Below are positions 1-5,858 of a stretch of 7,947 nt of DNA, one piece after another (positions within the stretch are counted from its first letter, which is position 1; each line of letters opens with the position of its first letter). The DNA is from an uncultured Nitrososphaeria archaeon. Lineage in GTDB: Archaea > Thermoproteota > Nitrososphaeria_A > Caldarchaeales > Calditenuaceae. Below the pieces are notes generated by a model. That model saw only the letters and a program-made list of their open reading frames with translations, did not search any database and was not told the DNA's origin. The stretch spans positions 2,772 through 10,718 of the forward strand of contig CAYTRT010000013.1 in the NCBI GenBank assembly GCA_964440295.1, read 5' to 3'. A program made the position numbers and the translations under genes.

Positions 1-300
1 GTGTTGCTAGCGCTTGAAGATGGCGACAGAACGGAGCAACTAGTCAAGATGGGAAAAAATGTAATAGCTATTGATCTTAACCCGTTCTCAAGAACTGCTA
101 GAGCCGCAAAAATAACAATAGTCGATAACGTGACGCGAGCAATGCCGTTACTAATTGAATATTGCAAGAAACTTTCAACTCGCCAGCCTAGCGAGCTTGC
201 AGAAATAATCCGAAGATTTGATAATGAAACAAATTTAAAGATGATGGTTAAAGCAATCAGAGATAGATTATCAGCGCTAAGCTTCTTTGAGGTGGTATAG
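1..300 (+). CDS. 4-phosphopantoate--beta-alanine ligase (archaeal phosphopantothenate synthetase, COG1701/DUF137-type), C-terminal ~99 aa; the 5' end lies outside the window
   Basis: Frame 1 is open from base 1 to TAG at 298-300, so the GTG at base 1 is an ORF-caller artefact, not a real start. The LEDGDR...VKMGKNVIAIDLNPFSRTA...ITIVDN motifs match my recollection of the archaeal PPS family. It sits directly upstream of panB/panE, the known neighbourhood for this family. This is recollection, not a search. Confidence 0.65.
   Translation: MLLALEDGDRTEQLVKMGKNVIAIDLNPFSRTARAAKITIVDNVTRAMPLLIEYCKKLSTRQPSELAEIIRRFDNETNLKMMVKAIRDRLSALSFFEVV
289..294 (+). promoter_or_regulatory. Shine-Dalgarno-like GAGGTG for panB, embedded in the end of the upstream CDS
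   Basis: GAGGTG lies 8 nt upstream of TTG 303. The upstream stop (298-300) is 2 nt from the start, which implies operonic coupling. Confidence 0.6.
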
Positions 301-302
301 CC

Positions 303-1148
303 TTGGAGAGACGCCTATCTGCATTCGATATCCAAAAAATTAAGCGTTCTGGAAGAAAAATAGTTATGGTGACTGCATATGACTATACATCCGCCCGGCT
401 GGCAGACAGTGTAGGCGTGGACATAATACTCGTAGGAGATTCAGCCTCAATGGTAATGATGGGTATGAAGGATACTCGTTATCTCACTTTGGATGAAATG
501 ATTGTTTTCTGCAAATCTGCTTCAAGAGGCGTAAAACGAGCAATGCTAGTAGGAGATATGCCCTTCATGAGCTACCAGATCTCCGTTGAAGAGGCCGTAA
601 GAAATGCTGGCAGACTCGTAAAGGAAGGATTTGTAGACGCTGTAAAAATTGAGGGAGGGACAGAATATGCAGAGACCGTGAAAGCTATCGTACGAGCAGG
701 AATACCCGTCATGGGGCACGTGGGCCTAACCCCCCAGAGAGCATCGATGGAAAGTGGCTATAGACTGAGAGGTAGAAAGGCTGAGGAAGGAAAGTCAATA
801 ATTGAAGATGCATTAATGCTGCAGGACGCCGGAGCATTCGCAATCGTTCTAGAATACACTACCAGCGAGATAGGTAAAATTTTATCTGAAAAATTATCAA
901 TACCGGTTATAGGAATAGGATCTGGCCCCTACTGCGATGGACAAGTGCTGGTCTTCCACGACGTTGTCGGATTATATGAAGAATCGCCGCCATTCTCCAA
1001 AAAATATGCAGACGCGGCATCATTGATAAAAGAGGCATTGTCACAGTATAGGGAAGAAGTCCTGAATCATAAATTCCCGTCAGAGGAGCATTTTTGGAAT
1101 ATGGATCCCAGTGAGTACAGCCGTCTTTTAGAGATGATTAAAAAGTAG
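303..1148 (+). CDS. panB: 3-methyl-2-oxobutanoate hydroxymethyltransferase (ketopantoate hydroxymethyltransferase)
   Basis: 281 aa. The N-terminus (L.AFDIQKIKRSGRKIVMVTAYDYTSARLAD..GVDIILVGDSASMVMMG) carries the classic PanB signature, and KIEGG and GHVGLTPQ motifs lie downstream. The TTG start at 303 gives the family-typical N-terminus and follows GAGGTG (289-294) after an 8-nt spacer. The first in-frame ATG (366) would delete conserved residues. Confidence 0.93.
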   Translation: MERRLSAFDIQKIKRSGRKIVMVTAYDYTSARLADSVGVDIILVGDSASMVMMGMKDTRYLTLDEMIVFCKSASRGVKRAMLVGDMPFMSYQISVEEAVRNAGRLVKEGFVDAVKIEGGTEYAETVKAIVRAGIPVMGHVGLTPQRASMESGYRLRGRKAEEGKSIIEDALMLQDAGAFAIVLEYTTSEIGKILSEKLSIPVIGIGSGPYCDGQVLVFHDVVGLYEESPPFSKKYADAASLIKEALSQYREEVLNHKFPSEEHFWNMDPSEYSRLLEMIKK

Positions 1149-1153
1149 GGTGA
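1149..1153 (+). promoter_or_regulatory. Shine-Dalgarno-like GGTGA for panE
   Basis: GGTGA lies 6 nt upstream of TTG 1160, within the 11-nt panB-panE gap. Confidence 0.55.
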
Positions 1154-1159
1154 AATCGG

Positions 1160-2080
1160 TTGGAGATTCTCGTAATTGGAGCAGGCGCGCTAGGACTACT
1201 AATAGCTGGAATCATCTCGCATAATGGGGGAAAAGTCACACTGTTTAGTAGGCGGCCAGAAGCAGTAGAATACATATCGAGAAATGGAATAAAAATCGTT
1301 GCTCAAAACATCGATTATGTATCAAGGGTGAAATGCACTTCTGTAATCGAGCGAGATAAAAAATACGATCTAGCGATTGTAACAGTTAAGTCTTATGACA
1401 CGCCAGAAATAGCCAAATTATTGGGCGAAAACTTGAATACTGATACTCAGGTTTTGACTATCCAAAATGGTCTAGGCAACGCAGAGACACTAGCAAGACA
1501 TTTAGGACAGCAACGAGTATATCCAGGCATAACTATGCAGTCATCTACAAGACTGAGCATAAACGAGGTCTACCACGCATTCAATGGTCTTACAATCATC
1601 GGAGAATACGCCGGACCGCCTACAGAAAGAACCAAAATGTTGGCTGATTACTTATCAAGACATGGAGTCCCCACAGTAGTGTCAGAGAATATATGGAGGG
1701 ATTTGTGGTTCAAGTTGATGGTCAATTCAGTGATAAATCCCTTAACTGCAATCATGAGAGTAAAGAATAAGAATCTGCTAGAAGTACCATCAGTCGATCT
1801 GTTAATAAGGAGCATCTTATCAGAAATTATCTCTGTCGCTAAGCTACATGGACATGAGTTTGATTTTGATGAGTGCTACGAAAAAGTTATTAAAATAATT
1901 AAGGATTCGGGAGATAATAAATCATCTATGCTACAGGATATAGAGAATAATAAAAGAACAGAAATAGACAATCTTAATGGAATGGTGGTTTCACTTGCCT
2001 CAAAATATGGCTTGGAAATCCCAGTAAATAATGCACTAACCATAATTATAAAGGGCATTGAGAGGACAGCAAAACAATAG
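1160..2080 (+). CDS. panE: 2-dehydropantoate 2-reductase (ketopantoate reductase, ApbA/PanE family)
   Basis: 306 aa. It has an N-terminal Rossmann motif (ILVIGAGALG), then VKSYDT, QNGLGN and the C-terminal KPR signature SSMLQDIENNKRTEIDNLNG. The TTG start at 1160 lies 6 nt after GGTGA (1149-1153) and 11 nt after the panB stop. Confidence 0.88.
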   Translation: MEILVIGAGALGLLIAGIISHNGGKVTLFSRRPEAVEYISRNGIKIVAQNIDYVSRVKCTSVIERDKKYDLAIVTVKSYDTPEIAKLLGENLNTDTQVLTIQNGLGNAETLARHLGQQRVYPGITMQSSTRLSINEVYHAFNGLTIIGEYAGPPTERTKMLADYLSRHGVPTVVSENIWRDLWFKLMVNSVINPLTAIMRVKNKNLLEVPSVDLLIRSILSEIISVAKLHGHEFDFDECYEKVIKIIKDSGDNKSSMLQDIENNKRTEIDNLNGMVVSLASKYGLEIPVNNALTIIIKGIERTAKQ

Positions 2081-2098
2081 GTTTACCTAGACTCAAGG

Positions 2099-2106
2099 AT
2101 TAATAA
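2099..2106 (+). promoter_or_regulatory. possible TATA-like box (ATTAATAA) for thiL, implying a leaderless or near-leaderless transcript
   Basis: This A/T octamer is centred about 30 nt upstream of ATG 2132, in the 51-nt panE-thiL gap. No SD at a usable spacing is present. thiL could equally be read through from panE. Confidence 0.3.
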
Positions 2107-2131
2107 CAAGAAATATTCGAATAGATGAGGA

Positions 2132-3160
2132 ATGTCGACAAGGATATCGGATGTAGGTGAGTCATGGCTAATAAAATTCATACTTAGTAGAATTTCAAAG
2201 ATAGATGGGTCAAAGCTAGGCCCAGGCGATGACGCATTTGACTTCACTAGTCCTAGAAGAGTTGTCTGTTCTGGCGATACGCTAGTAGAGCACACCGATG
2301 TCCCTCCAGAGATGACGCTGAGGCAGGTTGGGAGAAAAGCAGTGGTGGCCGTTATTAGCGACCTAGCAGCAAAGGGCGCTGAGCCGCGCTACATCGTAAC
2401 GCAGCTGGGGCTTAGAAGGGATTTGAGAGTAGAGGAATTTGAGGAGCTCTGGGCTGGACTCGAAGATGCATGCAAAGAATATAATGTCAAAATCGTGGGA
2501 GGAGATACAAACGAGGCAGACGAAATTATACTAAGTGTTTTTGGGATAGGATTCTCTGATAACCCAATCCCTAGGACGGGCGCTAGGCCGGGAGAGCGCG
2601 TTGCCGTTACTGGACTATTCGGAGCCACCTATACCGGGCTACACGCATTGTTTAACTCGATTACTGATAAAAAGTGGGAAAAATTAAGAGAAAGTGTCCT
2701 TAATCCAAAGGCCAGGCTGTATGAAGGCATCTTGATGGCAAAGTCTGGACTCGTCACGTCATCGATTGATTCAAGCGATGGACTAGCTGCCTCACTCCAG
2801 CAACTATCCCAGGCAAGTGGAGTGGGAATTATCATTGAGGACCTACCAATAGACCCGCTTGCAGCAGAATATGCTAAGCAATTCGGTCTAGACATATTCG
2901 ACGCAGTTATGTTTGGGGGTGAGGAATACGAATTAGTAGTTACGCTCCCAGACTCGGCGATTGACGAGCTAAATCAGAAATTATCAAGTTTTCAGGGACG
3001 ATTGATACCTATTGGGAGAGTATCAGAAAAAAAGGAGGTAGAGGTATTATGGCAGGGATCAGTAAGAAGAGTCGTTGCAGGTGGTTGGGAACACTTTGTA
3101 TCTAAAGGACTTGAGAGGAGGCGAGTTCTAACTAACGATACAAATACGTCATGTCGATGA
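2132..3160 (+). CDS. thiL: thiamine-monophosphate kinase (PurM/AIR-synthase-like fold)
   Basis: 342 aa. It aligns by eye along its whole length with E. coli ThiL: GESWLI, GDDAF, SGDTLVEHTD, ISDLAAKGAEP, IVGGDTN, RTGARPGERVAVTG, SIDSSDGL, GGEEYELVVTLP, GGWEHF. It carries about 18 extra C-terminal residues after the family's usual end. Confidence 0.88.
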   Translation: MSTRISDVGESWLIKFILSRISKIDGSKLGPGDDAFDFTSPRRVVCSGDTLVEHTDVPPEMTLRQVGRKAVVAVISDLAAKGAEPRYIVTQLGLRRDLRVEEFEELWAGLEDACKEYNVKIVGGDTNEADEIILSVFGIGFSDNPIPRTGARPGERVAVTGLFGATYTGLHALFNSITDKKWEKLRESVLNPKARLYEGILMAKSGLVTSSIDSSDGLAASLQQLSQASGVGIIIEDLPIDPLAAEYAKQFGLDIFDAVMFGGEEYELVVTLPDSAIDELNQKLSSFQGRLIPIGRVSEKKEVEVLWQGSVRRVVAGGWEHFVSKGLERRRVLTNDTNTSCR

Positions 3161-3672
3161 AAAATCTTTATTGTCGTGACTTAAGGCTAAATAGCGGGCA
3201 TCATGCCTTGAAAAAATACCTGTTTAAGTGCAAGGAGTGCGGACAGGAATTTAGGCTACAGGCCTGGAGAGCAGTCTGTCCGAACTGTGAAAAAAGCTAT
3301 TCACTCATCAGAGTCGTCGAGACGCCTAGAGTCCCAAAGATCAGGCCACGTATGTTTGTTACTCTTCTTTTGTTAGTATATGCTGGCTACCTGATCATCA
3401 ACTTAAGTACGACGCCTGATTTACCGCTTCTATATTATTATCCATTAATGATAATTACGATTGGTGCAGCAATATTTGCGTTGAGTGGTAGTTTTACGTC
3501 AAACATGCTATCTATAGTTCTGGGTGCTTGGATAGCTTATAGCCATTTGTCACGTCTGCCGTCAAATAATTACTACATAATATTCTTTATAATACTTGGA
3601 GTAGGAATAGCAGTTCTGGGCGCTATGGACGAATTGATCATTAGGAGACATCGCAGTAAACTAGAACAATAG
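3151..3672 (+). CDS. uncharacterised membrane protein: N-terminal CxxC-x12-CxxC zinc ribbon plus 4 predicted TM helices
   Basis: 173 aa. The zinc ribbon is C27-K-E-C30 ... C43-P-N-C46 (nt 3229-3288). Four hydrophobic segments follow: MFVTLLLLVYAGYLIINL, LLYYYPLMIITIGAAIFAL, MLSIVLGAWIAYSHL, YYIIFFIILGVGIAVLGAM. The start overlaps the thiL stop (ATGTCGATGA). ATG 3151 gives a 10-nt overlap, and the alternative ATG 3157 gives a classic 4-nt ATGA overlap. I recognise no family. Confidence 0.6.
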   Translation: MSMKNLYCRDLRLNSGHHALKKYLFKCKECGQEFRLQAWRAVCPNCEKSYSLIRVVETPRVPKIRPRMFVTLLLLVYAGYLIINLSTTPDLPLLYYYPLMIITIGAAIFALSGSFTSNMLSIVLGAWIAYSHLSRLPSNNYYIIFFIILGVGIAVLGAMDELIIRRHRSKLEQ

Positions 3673-3708
3673 ACAATAATGTCCGACAAGTAGCTGAGAA
3701 TATTGTTC
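3664..3708. repeat. perfect 8-bp inverted repeat GAACAATA-N29-TATTGTTC, spanning the stop codon of the 3151-3672 CDS and ending just upstream of the kdgK TATA-like box
   Basis: I checked it base by base: 3664-3671 GAACAATA is the reverse complement of 3701-3708 TATTGTTC. Related copies are ACAATA at 3673-3678 and GAACAGTA at 3749-3756. Confidence 0.7.
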
Positions 3709-3713
3709 AACCC

Positions 3714-3722
3714 TTAAATAAA
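3714..3722 (+). promoter_or_regulatory. TATA-like box (TTAAATAAA) of a putative kdgK-eda promoter
   Basis: It is close to the archaeal TTTAWATA consensus and centred about 43 nt upstream of ATG 3761. That would place a transcription start near 3744, just before the GGTGA at 3746-3750. An alternative weaker box, TCTATTATT, lies at 3734-3742. Confidence 0.4.
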
Positions 3723-3745
3723 GGCTTAACGAGTCTATTATTCGT

Positions 3746-3750
3746 GGTGA
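3746..3750 (+). promoter_or_regulatory. Shine-Dalgarno-like GGTGA for kdgK
   Basis: GGTGA lies 10 nt upstream of ATG 3761. Confidence 0.45.
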
Positions 3751-3760
3751 ACAGTATTAT

Positions 3761-4795
3761 ATGGAGAAAGTAGTTACCTTCGGCGAAATAATGCTGCGAC
3801 TTGCACCGCCAGGATTTCTAAGGATCACGCAGGCGAGATCCTTCGATGCCATATATGCTGGAGCTGAGGCGAATGTAGCGATAGCCCTCGCAAATCTGGG
3901 AATACCTGCAGATTTCGTTACGAGACTGCCTGCTAATGATTTAGGAGACGCATGCATTAACTATCTACGTCAATTCGGTGTCGGCGTAGACAAGATAATA
4001 AGAGGAGGCGACAGATTAGGAATATATTTCGTAGAGATCGGAGCGGCTCAACGTCCAAACAAGGTAATCTATGACCGCGCGAATTCCTCGATCGCCACAG
4101 TGACTCCTGGAATGTTTGACTGGGACAAAATATTCGCAGATGCTGTTTGGTTCCACTGGACCGGAATAACGCCTGCACTAAGTCAAGGAGCTGCAGAGAC
4201 ATGCTTAGAGGCAGTCAAAGCCGCAAAGAAGAAGGGCATCACTGTGTCATGCGACTTAAACTACCGGGCGAAGCTTTGGAAGTGGGGGAAGAAAGCGGGG
4301 GAAGTTATGTCTGAGCTTGTTAAGTATGTGGATATATTGATTGGTAACGAGGAGGACGTAGAGCAGGTATTTGGCATAAAGGCACCAGGCGTAGACGTGG
4401 TGAAGGGCGAAGTAAAGGCGGAGCCGTACGAATATGTGGGTAAAGAGATAATGAAGATGTTCCCGAATGTTAAACTGTTCGGCGTATCGCTGAGAGGGAG
4501 CATCAGTGCGAGTCATAATACTTGGTCAGGAGCCCTATACGACGGCTCAAAACTATACGTAGGACCAACATACGACATAATTCCAATCGTCGACAGAGTT
4601 GGCGGTGGAGACGCATTCAATGCAGGGCTCATTTATGGCTTGTTGAAATTCAAGGATGATAAGCAGAAGGCACTTGACTTTGCAGTCGCACTATCCTGCT
4701 TGAAGCATTCGATTTACGGCGACTCATGCCTCGTTAGGCTAGAGGAAGTCGAGACGTTGATGAAGGGAATAACCACCGGCAGAATTGTGAGGTAG
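3761..4795 (+). CDS. kdgK: 2-dehydro-3-deoxygluconokinase (KDG kinase, PfkB/ribokinase family)
   Basis: 344 aa. The N-terminus VVTFGEIMLRLAPPGF...FDAIYAGAEANVAIALANLG, then GIYFVEIGAAQRP, SCDLNYRAKLW and the C-terminal anion-hole motif VGGGDAFNAGLIYG all fit the bacterial KdgK subfamily as I recall it from Thermotoga/Thermus-type enzymes. GGTGA lies 10 nt upstream of the ATG. Confidence 0.87.
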   Translation: MEKVVTFGEIMLRLAPPGFLRITQARSFDAIYAGAEANVAIALANLGIPADFVTRLPANDLGDACINYLRQFGVGVDKIIRGGDRLGIYFVEIGAAQRPNKVIYDRANSSIATVTPGMFDWDKIFADAVWFHWTGITPALSQGAAETCLEAVKAAKKKGITVSCDLNYRAKLWKWGKKAGEVMSELVKYVDILIGNEEDVEQVFGIKAPGVDVVKGEVKAEPYEYVGKEIMKMFPNVKLFGVSLRGSISASHNTWSGALYDGSKLYVGPTYDIIPIVDRVGGGDAFNAGLIYGLLKFKDDKQKALDFAVALSCLKHSIYGDSCLVRLEEVETLMKGITTGRIVR

Positions 4796-4801
4796 GGGTG
4801 G
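4789..4801 (+). promoter_or_regulatory. Shine-Dalgarno-like G-rich tract (GAGGTAGGGGTGG) for eda, overlapping the kdgK stop codon
   Basis: GGTG at 4797-4800 lies 8 nt upstream of ATG 4809. The 13-nt kdgK-eda gap indicates co-transcription. Confidence 0.55.
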
Positions 4802-4808
4802 GTTATGT

Positions 4809-5828
4809 ATGCCTAAATTCTTAAAACACGAAGTTGTTGCAAAGCTTCTCGAGGTAGGAGTATTACCGACATTTTATGAGGGAGACTTAGAGACTGCGAA
4901 GAAGATTCTTGTAGCATGCGCAGATGGTGGAGCAAAAGTCGTAGAATTTACGAATAGAGGAGCACTAGCCTATCAAGTATTCTCTGAGCTGATTAAGTGG
5001 CGAGACAAGGAGCGGCCTGACCTAATATTAGGAGTGGGTACAGTGTTAGACCCAGCTACTGCGTCTCTATTCATAAACAGCGGAGCAGACTTTGTCGTCG
5101 GGCCAGTCTTCAATCCAGAAATAGCGAAGATCTGTAACAGACGAAAAGTGGCATATATTCCTGGCTGTAGCTCGCCGTCCGAGATCTCAGCGGCAGAGGA
5201 GAGCGGCGCCGACATAATTAAGGTATTTCCAGCCGATGTCTTAGGCCCGAGATTCATAAAAGACATGATGGGGCCATGTCCATGGTCAAGATTAATGCCC
5301 TCGGGTGGAGTTGAGCCTACTCGCGAGAATATTTTCGAGTGGATTAAGGCCGGAGCCGCAGCACTAAACATGGGATCAAACCTCATAGTGAAGGATCTAG
5401 TAAAGGCCGGAGACTTCGACGGCATTAGGAAGAAAGTGGAGAATAGCATTGCTTGGGTAAAGGAGGCCCGTGGAGTACCGTTATTCCTAGGAGTCGAGCA
5501 TATTGGGCTCTACCCCACGGCGAGCGCGACTGCCGCCGACATAGCTGACTGGTACTCAAACGTCTTTGGATTCGCCAAGAAGGAGGGAGCAAGCTCGATA
5601 TTTGTCTCCGGACCATCATTTGGAAGAATCGAGATAATGAAGAGTGAAGAAAAAGGAGTTCACTGCCATGTAGCTGTATTAGTTTCAAACTTTGAAGCAG
5701 CCTGCGAGTACCTAAAAAATAAGGGAATAGAGCTTGAGGAGCCATCAATAAAGCCCGGCGTTAAGGCGGTGTATCTTAAGAAGCCAGACCCCGCAGGAAA
5801 CAGGGTCCATCTACTATACCGAGCCTAG
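4809..5828 (+). CDS. eda: KDPG/KHG aldolase (Eda family, residues ~1-220) fused in frame to a C-terminal VOC/glyoxalase-I-fold domain (residues ~226-339)
   Basis: 339 aa. The Eda part aligns by eye with E. coli Eda: GGAKVVEFTNR (E46 = general base), LGVGTVLDP, SGADFVVGP, YIPGCSSPSE, IIKVFPA (K138 = Schiff-base Lys), MPSGGV, KAGDFDGI. The C-terminal ~114 aa align with E. coli glyoxalase I: VEHIGL, RIEIM, HCHVAVLVSNFEAACEYLKNKG, DPAGNRVHLL. The ATG at 4809 follows the G-rich GAGGTAGGGGTGG tract. Confidence 0.85.
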   Translation: MPKFLKHEVVAKLLEVGVLPTFYEGDLETAKKILVACADGGAKVVEFTNRGALAYQVFSELIKWRDKERPDLILGVGTVLDPATASLFINSGADFVVGPVFNPEIAKICNRRKVAYIPGCSSPSEISAAEESGADIIKVFPADVLGPRFIKDMMGPCPWSRLMPSGGVEPTRENIFEWIKAGAAALNMGSNLIVKDLVKAGDFDGIRKKVENSIAWVKEARGVPLFLGVEHIGLYPTASATAADIADWYSNVFGFAKKEGASSIFVSGPSFGRIEIMKSEEKGVHCHVAVLVSNFEAACEYLKNKGIELEEPSIKPGVKAVYLKKPDPAGNRVHLLYRA

Positions 5829-5834
5829 ATAAAA

Positions 5835-5852
5835 TTCTTTTCTATATTTTTT
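5835..5852 (+). terminator. oligo-T tract (TTCTTTTCTATATTTTTT) in the 30-nt gap between the convergent eda and zinc-ribbon/wHTH genes
   Basis: A T4 run and then a T6 run (5847-5852) begin 7 nt after the eda stop. Archaeal intrinsic termination typically uses such T-runs. The AAAA at 5831-5834 gives a short T-run for the minus-strand gene. Confidence 0.45.
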
Positions 5853-5858
5853 GGATTA

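Noticed and set aside
2081-2131. TPP riboswitch or other leader upstream of thiL
   Set aside because: The gap is only 51 nt and A/T-rich, too short for a THI-box fold, and none of the conserved CUGAGA / ACCUGA elements are seen.
1876-2895. Minus-strand ORFs 1876-2058, 2083-2295, 2389-2628 and 2629-2895 (60-88 aa), opposite panE and thiL
   Set aside because: They lie antisense to CDSs with strong family signatures. Their products are Ser/Pro/Leu-rich and low-complexity, with no motifs and no SD or promoter context. This is typical shadow-ORF behaviour.
3115-3121. GAGGAGG inside the thiL 3' end as an SD for the 3151 ORF
   Set aside because: It lies about 29 nt upstream of the ATG, too far for SD function. 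Coupling through the ATGA overlap is the simpler explanation.
3757-5748. Minus-strand ORFs 3757-3957, 3957-4202, 4256-4516, 4261-4503, 4973-5449 and 5425-5748 (up to 158 aa), opposite kdgK and eda
   Set aside because: They are antisense shadows of confidently identified genes in a relatively G+C-rich stretch. They overlap one another in different frames and have no recognisable domains.
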